A stretch of DNA of 64,000 nt from Planctomycetota bacterium (lineage in GTDB: Bacteria; Planctomycetota; UBA8108; SXIK01): NCBI GenBank assembly GCA_965223265.1, contig OZ244999.1, positions 2,080,001-2,144,000 on the forward strand, written 5' to 3'. Under the pieces are notes generated by a model. The model saw only the letters and a program-made list of their open reading frames with translations, was not told the DNA's origin and did not search any database. This document shows, in pieces, positions 1-8,438 of this stretch. A program made the translations under genes and the position numbers. Position 1 is the first letter of the stretch. Each line of letters opens with the position of its first letter.

Positions 1-2
1 TT

Positions 3-1769
3 CAAGGCGATGGCCAGAGTTACTACGCCGCGGTCAACGCTGGTAACGCGGGTGTCTCGATCGAGCTGATGGCCGCCGATGGCACGTCGAGCACACTTGC
101 GAACGCCGTCAACTGGGCCTCGGGGGAAGCCATCTCGATCGAAGAGTACGACTTCGCAGCGCCCACGTGCTACATCGTCGACCTGAGTGCCAACGGCGCG
201 AATCTGTCGCTGACCGTGACCGAGTCGACCTGTGACCCGTACTTCCCGGCGCCGACGAATGACCGCACGGTCACCATCGAAGCGAGCGACACGACGCTGG
301 GCTCCGGCGCCGTTGGTGCTTTGGCGAACGGCGATCTCGGTGGCGACACCACCGACGACGTTGCTTCTGCCGACGGTGGCGACTCCTCGATCCTGGACGC
401 TTTCGTCTACGATCCGGGCAGCCTGCCGCCCGACGGCGCGCCGAAGGTGCTTTGGATGCGCAGTGGTAGCGGTGGTCGCGCGGCACACGTCTACACCGAC
501 CCCATCAGCTCGAATGACGGCAACCCGTTCAAGCGTATCGTGCAGACGCACGCCGACGACGCCACGGGTTCGTACCTGCAGCTCCTCGGTTTCGACGTTG
601 ACACCGTCACGATCAACGCTCTCTCCAGCGGCATCATGACGACCGAGGATATCAACGAGAATTATGACCTCGTGGTCATCCCCGGAAGTGGTGGTTCATC
701 CGCTACGAGGACATTTGCGGTCGATATCCACATCCCGTTCATGGTCGCCGAGCACATCGCCGGCCGCGCTGAGTGGGCGGGTCTCTACGACAACAACAGT
801 GGTAACGAGCGTCAGTTCACCTGTGCGGAAGGCTCCTCGCCGGTGAACGGTCGTCCGACCCACCTGCATATCTTCACCGAAGAAGAAGGTGGCTCGCCGG
901 ATCACCCCATCGTCGCTGGCATTCCCCTCGACGGTCAGAACAACGTCGAAATCGCCAACGCCAGTTACTTCGACCTCAACCTCGCGGCGCCGCTTCTCGG
1001 CAACGTGACGGGTATGAACGGTGCGGAGTTCTTGACGGTCGAAGAGGTCCTGACGGCGAAGGACGAAGGCCTTGGCTCGCAGACGCAGATGGCCGGTTGG
1101 CCTCTCGCTGAGGGTGGCTTCCAGCTCGCCGGTATGGCGAACCCCTGCGACGGCACGCCGATCCACCAGGTCGACCCGGACACGGGTGAGCTGATTTCGG
1201 CCCAGGCCGGCATCGCGCTGGCGGCCTTTGAGACCGGCACGCAGACGCTGGATCACGGTCCTTGTATCGACGCATGCGCCGGCGACCCCGACTGTATCGC
1301 TCTTTGCGACAAGGGTACGACGCAGGCACGCAAGGTGTTCTACTGGTTCGACGATACGTCGTGGCCATATTCGTCGCAGGCGGCGATCGACATTTTCCGC
1401 CGCGCGGCCATGTGGAGCCTTGGCATGCTCGATAGCCCGAACCGCAGCTCGCTGCCGTTCGGTCGTGGCGATGCGAACGACGACGGCGCAACCGACATTT
1501 CGGACGCCCTCTTCTCGCTCAACCACCTCTTCGTGGCCAACAGTGACGCTCCGCCATGTCTCGACGCGGCGGATGCCAACGACGACGAAGCGCTCGACAT
1601 CGCCGACGCGGTGTTCACGCTCAACTTCCTGTTCGTCGAAGGCAGTACGCCGATCTCCGGCTTCCGGAGCTGCTTCTCGTCTTGCATGCTCGACTTCACT
1701 CCGTCCGCGGAGGCAGAGGCGGGTGGTGCAACCGTACTGTCTTGTGCTGCCTACAGCAGCTGTCGTTGA
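3..1769 (+). CDS. Large putative secreted protein with C-terminal dockerin type I domain (5'-truncated at window edge)
   Basis: Frame is open from position 3 (QGDGQSYYAAV...) through the ORF-track start at 69. C-terminal paired dockerin loops FGRGDANDDGATDISDALFSLNHLF and CLDAADANDDEALDIADAVFTLNFLF. The middle region (YDLVVIPGSGG...HPIVAG...IFRRAAMWSLG) resembles a ThuA/class-I-GATase-like fold. Confidence 0.8.
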   Translation, partial: QGDGQSYYAAVNAGNAGVSIELMAADGTSSTLANAVNWASGEAISIEEYDFAAPTCYIVDLSANGANLSLTVTESTCDPYFPAPTNDRTVTIEASDTTLGSGAVGALANGDLGGDTTDDVASADGGDSSILDAFVYDPGSLPPDGAPKVLWMRSGSGGRAAHVYTDPISSNDGNPFKRIVQTHADDATGSYLQLLGFDVDTVTINALSSGIMTTEDINENYDLVVIPGSGGSSATRTFAVDIHIPFMVAEHIAGRAEWAGLYDNNSGNERQFTCAEGSSPVNGRPTHLHIFTEEEGGSPDHPIVAGIPLDGQNNVEIANASYFDLNLAAPLLGNVTGMNGAEFLTVEEVLTAKDEGLGSQTQMAGWPLAEGGFQLAGMANPCDGTPIHQVDPDTGELISAQAGIALAAFETGTQTLDHGPCIDACAGDPDCIALCDKGTTQARKVFYWFDDTSWPYSSQAAIDIFRRAAMWSLGMLDSPNRSSLPFGRGDANDDGATDISDALFSLNHLFVANSDAPPCLDAADANDDEALDIADAVFTLNFLFVEGSTPISGFRSCFSSCMLDFTPSAEAEAGGATVLSCAAYSSCR

Positions 1770-1798
1770 GCTGATCGTTTGACGACTGAGTAGACGTT

Positions 1799-1866
1799 CA
1801 CCCGGTGGGGAGTTCGACTTCGCGGTTGCGCGAAGTTCGAGCACTCCACCGGGTGTTCGTTTTTTC
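1799..1866 (+). terminator. Rho-independent terminator
   Basis: Stem CACCCGGTGG...CCACCGGGTG with inner stem CTTCGCG/CGCGAAG, followed by TTCGTTTTTTC, about 30 nt after the stop codon. Confidence 0.75.
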
Positions 1867-1967
1867 GGGGCACGTTCTTTCTTTCAACGGCGCGCACGAA
1901 GAGGGGCGGCTCGTGTGGCTGACCGCTCGCACCTGCCGGAGGCGACGGGCGCGCGCGTCAACGCATG

Positions 1968-1978
1968 TGTGCTATGAT
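1968..1978 (+). promoter_or_regulatory. Putative extended -10 promoter
   Basis: TGTGCTATGAT (TGnTAnnnT) about 45 nt upstream of the DUF1566 gene. A near-identical TGTGCTACGAT lies upstream of its paralog at 6439. Confidence 0.4.
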
Positions 1979-2022
1979 GGGAGTCAACAACGGCTCTTTC
2001 CGACGTTTGACGAGGGAATCGC

Positions 2023-2862
2023 ATGAGAGGATGGAAACAGCTGCGCCAGAGCGCGCGCATTAGCGGACTTGGTCTCGGCTTGTTGATTTTTGCCGTCGGC
2101 GTCGCGGGTGGCTATCTCGTTCGCGGTGGCAGCCCGGCGTCTGCGGCGCCCACCGTGGAGGAGTGGAACGCCGCCAATTTCCAGGGCGATGTCAACGGCG
2201 ATGGCGAGCTCAACATCAGTGATGCGATCTTCCTGTTGAATTTTCTTCTCCGCGACGGCGATGCTTTGCCGCGCCTGCGCACGTCCGGTACGGCGCTCCC
2301 GACCACTGGGCAGAGATTCTGTTGGTCGGGTGTGCGAGGTGAGCTGCAGTCGCCCTGTCCGGGCCCCGACGAAGACGACTACGGCCAGGATGCCAGCTTC
2401 GACGCGGGCTACCCTCACGACTTCGAGCTCGTCATGGCCGACCCGGAGGACAGCTCGACGTGGATCACAGTCGACCACGCCATGGGCCTCATGTGGATGT
2501 ACAGGCCTCGACCCCGGCGGGAGAGCTGGCGCAGCGCCCTCAAGTCGATCCAAGGCGATGAGGTCGGCGGGTTTGACGATTGGCGCATGCCGAATTTGTT
2601 CGAGATGATGTCGATCATCAACGCCGGAGCCGTCACCGTCGAGGACGGTTCTCAACCGGAGCCCTTGGGGAGAACCGTTTACGCAGATTACTTTTTCATT
2701 CAGTCGAACAATGAGTTTTGGACTTCGACGTCATGTGTCGACGACGCCAGCCGGGCCTTCTCCGTCGAGTTTTCCCGTGGCCTGACGAAATGCCCGGACA
2801 AGGGCGAGCAAGGCCAGATCGCGATTAAGCTGCTCACGCTCGGCGTCAGGTCGATCGACTAG
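2023..2862 (+). CDS. Exported dockerin-loop plus DUF1566 (Lcl C-terminal, C-type-lectin-like) protein
   Basis: N-terminal hydrophobic segment; single dockerin loop QGDVNGDGELNISDAIFLLNFL; DUF1566-associated motifs LPTTGQ.C, YGQDA, DHAMGLMW, GFDDWRMPNLFEM, FWTST; RBS GAGGGA. Confidence 0.8.
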   Translation: MRGWKQLRQSARISGLGLGLLIFAVGVAGGYLVRGGSPASAAPTVEEWNAANFQGDVNGDGELNISDAIFLLNFLLRDGDALPRLRTSGTALPTTGQRFCWSGVRGELQSPCPGPDEDDYGQDASFDAGYPHDFELVMADPEDSSTWITVDHAMGLMWMYRPRPRRESWRSALKSIQGDEVGGFDDWRMPNLFEMMSIINAGAVTVEDGSQPEPLGRTVYADYFFIQSNNEFWTSTSCVDDASRAFSVEFSRGLTKCPDKGEQGQIAIKLLTLGVRSID

Positions 2863-3007
2863 ACGCGTCGTCGCCTATTGAGCGATTGCAGGCGAGCCAC
2901 AGCCGTAGTTGTCGCCCGCGGCTTTTCGGAAAAGAGTTTCGTTCGACCGCACCGCGCCTCAGAATAGTTGAGAGGTCGAGGAGGTGCGTCGTTGAAGGTG
3001 TCATCCA

Positions 3008-6000
3008 ATGCTAGTGAAAGCCCGTCCCTTCGTTTGCGCCGCCTTTCTACTCTGGGCGAGCACGCCGCTCACGGCCCAGTCCTCACTGGAGCGCGTCGAG
3101 ACGCAGGCTGAGTTTGAGGCGATTTCGATCCCCGACTCCGACCCGCAGATCGACCGGGTGACGAAGTTTCTCGCCCCGATCGACCCAGCCGATCCGTCAC
3201 TGCTTGGGCTTGTTTTCCAGAACGTCTCGGTTTTCCCTTTCCATGTCGACTATCTGCGCAGCCTGCCGCAATTCGCAGGCCTGAGCGACACGGAGTACCG
3301 CAGCCTGGTGGAGACGCGTGCGACGCGGAAGTATTACGCTGGGCTTCTCTCGCTTCTCTTGCCTCCTGGGCAAGAGCCGGTGTTCGGCTTCGACGTCATC
3401 ACGGCCAACGCCGAGGACTTTCCTGACGAGCTTCTGACGCAGGCCGAAGTCAAGGGGATCTACGAGCAACTGAAGTCGTCGTTCCTGCTCACGCCGCTCG
3501 CCTATGCGCCGCAGACGCGCGAGGCGATCGAGGCGGCGGCGGAGTGGGAGCCTGACCCCGACCTTCCGGTGTTCCTCGGCACTTCCGACACGCCTTACAT
3601 TCCGTACACTCAAGCGGTCGGCTTCGGATTCGTACGCGTTTGGGACGCGGATGAGTTCGAAAGTGCGGCGAGCCGCGGCCTCATCACGTTTCGCGACGTT
3701 CTCATCCTCGAGCGCGCGCCGCGCGATATTGAAGGCGTATTCGCGGCAGTCATCACCGACGAGAAGCAGGGAGAGCTGAGTCACGTCGCCATCCGTACGG
3801 CGCGCCGAGGCACGCCGAACGCGTTTGTGCGCGGCGCCACCGGCATCTTTCAGGAGTTCGAGGATCAGCTGATCCGCATCGAAGTCGGCCCGGCCGATTT
3901 CGAATTTCGGCCGGCCGAGCTACCCGAAGCCGAGGAGTTTTGGGATGCGAACAGGCCGAGTCTTTCAGTGCTGCCGACGATCGATGCCGACTACGCCGGG
4001 CTCGACGCGCTCTCGGAGATGGACCTCAGCTCCGAAGTGAATCCGGTGTCGCGTTTCGGCGGCAAAGCAACCAACTTGGCCCGCCTGCGTCTGTACGTTG
4101 ATGAACCGTATAAGGAGGAAGGTTTCGCGATCCCGGCACGCTATTACTTGCAGTTCGTGCGCGAGAACACGATGCCGTCGGCCATCGACCCGGGACGCAT
4201 GGTCACCTACGAAGAGCATCTGAACGAGCTGTTCACGCTACCGCAGTTTCAGAACGACGCTGAGTTTCGCTTCGATGCGCTCGATGACGTGCGCGACCAC
4301 ATGCGCGATTTCGGCCGCGTCGACCCGCAGCTCGTCCAGCGTCTCGTCGAGCGCATCGGTGAGGTGTTTCCGTCGACGACGACGATGGTGCGCTTTCGCT
4401 CGTCGTCGAACGTCGAGGACGACCTCGAGTTCAACGGTGCAGGTCTTTACAACTCGACTTCGGTGTGCGCGGCGGACCAAGTCGATGGCAATGACTCCGG
4501 TCCGTCGCTCTGCGATCCGCTCAGGGACGACGAGCGGACGATTGAGCGCGGCCTGAAGCGCGTCTGGCGCAGCCTGTGGAATTTTCGCGCCTACGAAGAG
4601 CGGGAGTTTTTTCAGGTGCCGCAAGATCTCTCGGCGATGGCGATTCTCGTCTCGCGCGCTTTTCTCGACGAGCGTGCCAACGCGGTGGCCTTCACCGGCA
4701 ATCCGTCGAGGCCGTTCGACCCGCGTTATTTGGTGGTCGCCCAGGCGGGTGACGAGGCCAGCGTCGTTAGCCCGGAGCCGGGCGTCATCAGCGAGACCAG
4801 CCTTCTCGAGCTTTCGAGCGAGGGTGAGGTGGTGCGTATCGTGCGCGGCCAGGCGTCGTCGCTCGTGCCCGAGGGCGAATTCGTCATGAGCGACGAGAAG
4901 CTGCGCGAGCTCGGTGCGATTCTCTGGGATCTCGATCAGAACTTTCCGCTCGAGCTCGGCGAGCACAGCCGCGACGAAGTGCTCCTCGACACCGAGGTGA
5001 AGGTGGAAGCTGACGGTAGCCTAGCGATCAAGCAGATCCGGCCCTTCCTGTTGACGATCAGTGGCCCGCGTCCGCCGACGTTCGTGCTCGACGTGCCGGA
5101 CGGCACGGAGACCTGTGGCGTCTGGCGTGAGGGACGCTCGGCGCTCAAGGCTCACCAGCTGGAAAGCCGCATCCAACTGCGCAGCGGGCGCTTCGACTTG
5201 CCGGCGGCGCTTGAGAACTTTGCGATCGATCTGGTGGAGAGCGTTGAGGTCGGACCTGACCGCGTTCCCGGCGTGCCGGTCGGCGAGGGCGTCATGAACG
5301 TCCAAGTGCGCGCCGGAGCTCAGCCAGGTGTGGTGGTGTACACGTTTGCGTTCGAGCAGCGCTTCGATGTCGGCGGACAGGAACTCGTTGTCGAGCTCGC
5401 CCGAACGCTCGAGGCCAAGGACGGCGTTCCGGCTGAACCCGAGTGGCAGCTCGACGAAGAAACGATCATGCTGCGCCTCGAGCTCGAAGGATTCCTTGCG
5501 CGCGAAGGCGACAGCGACACGATTCGCTATCGCTCGTGCACGCACGAGCTGCTGCCGATCAACCGCATCTTCGTTGACCTCGATGGCGGGCATTCGCTCG
5601 AGATCGAAGAGCGCTACGAGCTCGTCAATCTCGGCAACTCGCCGGCCGACTTCGTGCGTGCTGAGGTCAATCTCGGCGGCGAGACGCGCGTCGTCGAAGA
5701 CTACACCCAGCTCGTCTACGCAGCGCAGCGTCACAACGAGCGCGTCGTCGCCTGGATCGTTTTGGACCCGCCGGTGACAGTGGGGGCCGACACCGTGGGG
5801 GCGATCGAGCTCGAGCTGGAGGATTTCAAAAACGCTTCACCGCTCTACCCGCCGGCGGCGCGATTCCTCGCGCCGGACTTCACGGTCCTGCGCAGCGTCG
5901 AGATCGTGCGCTACTGCCGCCAGGAACCGGGAAAACCGTGCGCCAGCGATTTCCGCCGCGGTGACGCCAACACGGATGGCCGCGTCAACTTGTCGGACGC

Positions 6001-6220
6001 TGTCGCCGTTCTCAACTGGCTTTTCCGCTCCGCGCCGGAGCTCGCTTGCCCCGACGCCGGTGACTTCGACGACCGCGACGACATCGAACCGGCCGACGCC
6101 ATCCTGATCCTCAACTTCCTCTTCCAGAGCGTCGACTTGAGCACTCCGCCCGGCCCGTTCGACTGCGGCCCCGACCCAACGCCGGACGGCCTCGCGACGT
6201 GCAGTTACCCGGAGTGCTGA
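3008..6220 (+). CDS. Secreted PEP/pyruvate-dikinase-family protein (phospho-His domain plus ATP-grasp domain) with C-terminal dockerin
   Basis: Signal peptide MLVKARPFVCAAFLLWASTPLTA. Swivel His motif GELSHVAIRTARRGTPN. PPDK_N motifs FGGKATNL, GFAIP, RFRSSSNVED..FNGAGLY, KRVWRSLWN, IKQIRP. Dockerin FRRGDANTDGRVNLSDA...CPDAGDFDD. Confidence 0.85.
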   Translation: MLVKARPFVCAAFLLWASTPLTAQSSLERVETQAEFEAISIPDSDPQIDRVTKFLAPIDPADPSLLGLVFQNVSVFPFHVDYLRSLPQFAGLSDTEYRSLVETRATRKYYAGLLSLLLPPGQEPVFGFDVITANAEDFPDELLTQAEVKGIYEQLKSSFLLTPLAYAPQTREAIEAAAEWEPDPDLPVFLGTSDTPYIPYTQAVGFGFVRVWDADEFESAASRGLITFRDVLILERAPRDIEGVFAAVITDEKQGELSHVAIRTARRGTPNAFVRGATGIFQEFEDQLIRIEVGPADFEFRPAELPEAEEFWDANRPSLSVLPTIDADYAGLDALSEMDLSSEVNPVSRFGGKATNLARLRLYVDEPYKEEGFAIPARYYLQFVRENTMPSAIDPGRMVTYEEHLNELFTLPQFQNDAEFRFDALDDVRDHMRDFGRVDPQLVQRLVERIGEVFPSTTTMVRFRSSSNVEDDLEFNGAGLYNSTSVCAADQVDGNDSGPSLCDPLRDDERTIERGLKRVWRSLWNFRAYEEREFFQVPQDLSAMAILVSRAFLDERANAVAFTGNPSRPFDPRYLVVAQAGDEASVVSPEPGVISETSLLELSSEGEVVRIVRGQASSLVPEGEFVMSDEKLRELGAILWDLDQNFPLELGEHSRDEVLLDTEVKVEADGSLAIKQIRPFLLTISGPRPPTFVLDVPDGTETCGVWREGRSALKAHQLESRIQLRSGRFDLPAALENFAIDLVESVEVGPDRVPGVPVGEGVMNVQVRAGAQPGVVVYTFAFEQRFDVGGQELVVELARTLEAKDGVPAEPEWQLDEETIMLRLELEGFLAREGDSDTIRYRSCTHELLPINRIFVDLDGGHSLEIEERYELVNLGNSPADFVRAEVNLGGETRVVEDYTQLVYAAQRHNERVVAWIVLDPPVTVGADTVGAIELELEDFKNASPLYPPAARFLAPDFTVLRSVEIVRYCRQEPGKPCASDFRRGDANTDGRVNLSDAVAVLNWLFRSAPELACPDAGDFDDRDDIEPADAILILNFLFQSVDLSTPPGPFDCGPDPTPDGLATCSYPEC

Positions 6221-6438
6221 CGGCGCGTCCAGAGCAGATTTCGTCGGAGTGTGGCATCTGCCCGTTCGACGTGAGGCACGAGGAAAAACTCGCAGCCTCA
6301 CCGTCTGCAAGTCTCTCGCACTCGGGAACTCTCTCGTTCTCAGAATGGGCGGAGGCTCGAAAGCTCACTGAGAACGAGAATCTCTTCAACAACCTGACGA
6401 CTTCACATTTTCAGGTACCCGTCGCGTTGTAGAAAACC

Positions 6439-6449
6439 TGTGCTACGAT
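6439..6449 (+). promoter_or_regulatory. Putative extended -10 promoter
   Basis: TGTGCTACGAT about 50 nt before ATG 6501, matching the motif upstream of the paralog at 1968. Confidence 0.4.
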
Positions 6450-6500
6450 CGATGGTCGGCCATCAAAACACGTACCAAGTCTTTGCGTGAGGGGGAGTCT

Positions 6501-7985
6501 ATGAAGGGACTCTGCGTGTGCTTTGCGATCGTCAGTTTCGGCGGCCTGCCGCTCGCGAGCTGGCGAGCGGCCACGGCCGCGCCGGCCGCCAGACCGTGGA
6601 GCGCGGACAGCTTTCAGGGTGACTTCAACAGCGATGGTCAACTCAGCGTCAGCGACGCCGTCTATCTTCTGAACTTTCTTTTTCGCGGTGGGAAGGACTT
6701 GCCGCGACTGCGCACGGCGCGGAGCTCGCTGCCGTCGACTGGCCAGCGGCACTGCTGGTCGGCGACTGGTGAATTGCTCTCACCCTGTCCCGGCCCCGGC
6801 GAGGATGACTACGGTCAGGACGCCCAGTTTGGAGTCGGCTATGAGCACGACTTCGAGCTCATCAAGGATGATCCCGAGGATCCCTCCACTTGGATCACGG
6901 TCGATCACGCCATGGGGTTCATGTGGACCTACACCGACGACGGTGAGCGCAGGTCTTGGCTCGACGCGCTTCATGCTGTCGAGGAACTGGAGCTCGGCGG
7001 GTTCACCGACTGGCGCATGCCGAACCTCTTCGAGCTGGTGTCGATCATCAATACAGGTGCCATTCTGGACGAGAACCGCAACGATGTGTTTCAAGTCGTG
7101 ACGTACGGAGAGTTTTTTTCCGTCGCTCGTGAGCTCTACTGGACTTCCACGACTTGCGCATCGAATACACGACGTGTCTATGCCGTGTCGTTCGACGAAG
7201 GGCGGGTTTTGTGCCCTGACAAGGGATTGGGGAGCGTGATCGATATTCGCCTTCCTAGCTTGTGGATTCGCTCTACTGATTCGTCACCACCGATCGAAAC
7301 AGTTCAAGGCGATGCTGACGGAGACGGTGATCTCGACGTCAACGATGCTCTCTTTCTCCTCGATTCTCTTTTCGCAGCTGGTGATCCTCTGCCGATGTTG
7401 CGTACTTCGGACCGTAGCCTGCCGTCGACCGGCCAGATGAACTGCTTCGTGATGCGTGGCATGCTACAGGCTCCGTGCCCGCAGCCAGGTACGCCAGGAT
7501 ATGGTCAGGATGGTCACTTTCGGCTTGGCTATGCACACGAGTTTGAACTTGTCCGAGATCGACCAGAGGATGCGTCGACCTGGTTCACAATCGACTATGC
7601 GACGGGACTCATGTGGAGCTACGGAGCCGACACTCAGCGTCGGAATTGGCGAGACGCGCTTCGACATGCTGCTGAGCTCGAACTGGGCGGATTCACCGAT
7701 TGGCGTCTGCCGACAATGCTAGAACTTGTGACCTTGCTGAATGCGGGTCAATCCGTGGACGAAGACGGCAATCTCGTATTCCGGCGAACGTCGAGCTACG
7801 AAGGAGTCTTCTCGCTCTTCCCTGGTCCTGACTATTGGACCGCCACGACGTGCTCTTTCCGGGCGAGCCGCACCTACACTCTCAATTTTTTCTCAGGAGG
7901 GCTCAAGTGTAGCGACAAGGGTAAAGACTTTTTTCCTTCTCTTCCGGTGCGCTCTCTTGGCCCAGCCGAAGGATCAACGCCGTAG
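6501..7985 (+). CDS. Exported protein with two tandem dockerin-loop plus DUF1566 modules
   Basis: ATG 6501 with GGGGGAG RBS; signal peptide. Two units, each QGDxxxDG..SD/ND, LPSTGQ.C, YGQD, D.A.G.MW, GFTDWR(M/L)P, YWT.T. Paralog of 2023..2862. Confidence 0.82.
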   Translation: MKGLCVCFAIVSFGGLPLASWRAATAAPAARPWSADSFQGDFNSDGQLSVSDAVYLLNFLFRGGKDLPRLRTARSSLPSTGQRHCWSATGELLSPCPGPGEDDYGQDAQFGVGYEHDFELIKDDPEDPSTWITVDHAMGFMWTYTDDGERRSWLDALHAVEELELGGFTDWRMPNLFELVSIINTGAILDENRNDVFQVVTYGEFFSVARELYWTSTTCASNTRRVYAVSFDEGRVLCPDKGLGSVIDIRLPSLWIRSTDSSPPIETVQGDADGDGDLDVNDALFLLDSLFAAGDPLPMLRTSDRSLPSTGQMNCFVMRGMLQAPCPQPGTPGYGQDGHFRLGYAHEFELVRDRPEDASTWFTIDYATGLMWSYGADTQRRNWRDALRHAAELELGGFTDWRLPTMLELVTLLNAGQSVDEDGNLVFRRTSSYEGVFSLFPGPDYWTATTCSFRASRTYTLNFFSGGLKCSDKGKDFFPSLPVRSLGPAEGSTP

Positions 7986-8200
7986 GTTCGGCCGTGGGAA
8001 AGCGGTCGAGGGAGGTCCACGCGCGGTGGAGCCCGGCCCGTGAAGTGCGTCGGGTTGCGCACGAGAGAGGCAAGCGGCGTGAGCGCGGATTTGACGACTC
8101 TGCGCTCCTCCGCATCCTGTGGTAGAAACTCTTCTACCGTAGAGGTAGGAAGAGTGGGGAGTTCGAGGGCGGCACGCCGCTGCAACGCTGACGCTACGCT

Positions 8201-8429
8201 CTTCCAAAGTAGTGGGCACACGCTGTGTACCGTCCGGCCGTGTGCGTGAGCGTGTGCGTCTCCCAAAGTAGCAGGCACACTCCGTGTGCCGTCCGGTCTT
8301 GTGACCGTGACCGTGAGTTGCGACGGCAGTCTCAATGATTTCACAGTCTCGCCGTGTGCCGCCGGAGGTCCAGATCGAACCGAAGGAAGATCGGAACGGC
8401 ACTCGTCGTGAGCCTGCTACTTTGGGAGA
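8201..8429. repeat. Cluster of three GTAG-type REP elements (two direct, one inverted; REPIN-like)
   Basis: CCAAAGTAGTGGGCACACGCTGTGTACCGTCCGG (~8204-8237), TCTCCCAAAGTAGCAGGCACACTCCGTGTGCCGTCCGG (8259-8296), and inverted GAACGGCACTCGTCGTGAGCCTGCTACTTTGGGAGA (~8394-8429). Each has GTAG next to a GGCAC..GTGCC palindrome, and the cluster lies between convergent genes. Confidence 0.75.
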
Positions 8430-8438
8430 TCCGCGGCG

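Noticed and set aside
696-1844. Long antisense and alternative-frame ORFs (e.g. 696..1844 -, 8484..9518 +, 10255..11589 -, 21047..22219 -, 46898..47905 -, 57795..58892 -)
   Set aside because: They overlap well-supported genes, have Arg/Ala-rich shadow composition typical of high-GC DNA, and carry no motifs.
2023-7985. Complete diversity-generating retroelement
   Set aside because: No reverse transcriptase, avd gene or adenine-differing template repeat is visible in the window. Kept only as a remote-target hypothesis.
8201-8429. CRISPR array
   Set aside because: Only three degenerate copies, one inverted, with irregular spacing and no cas genes. REP elements fit better.
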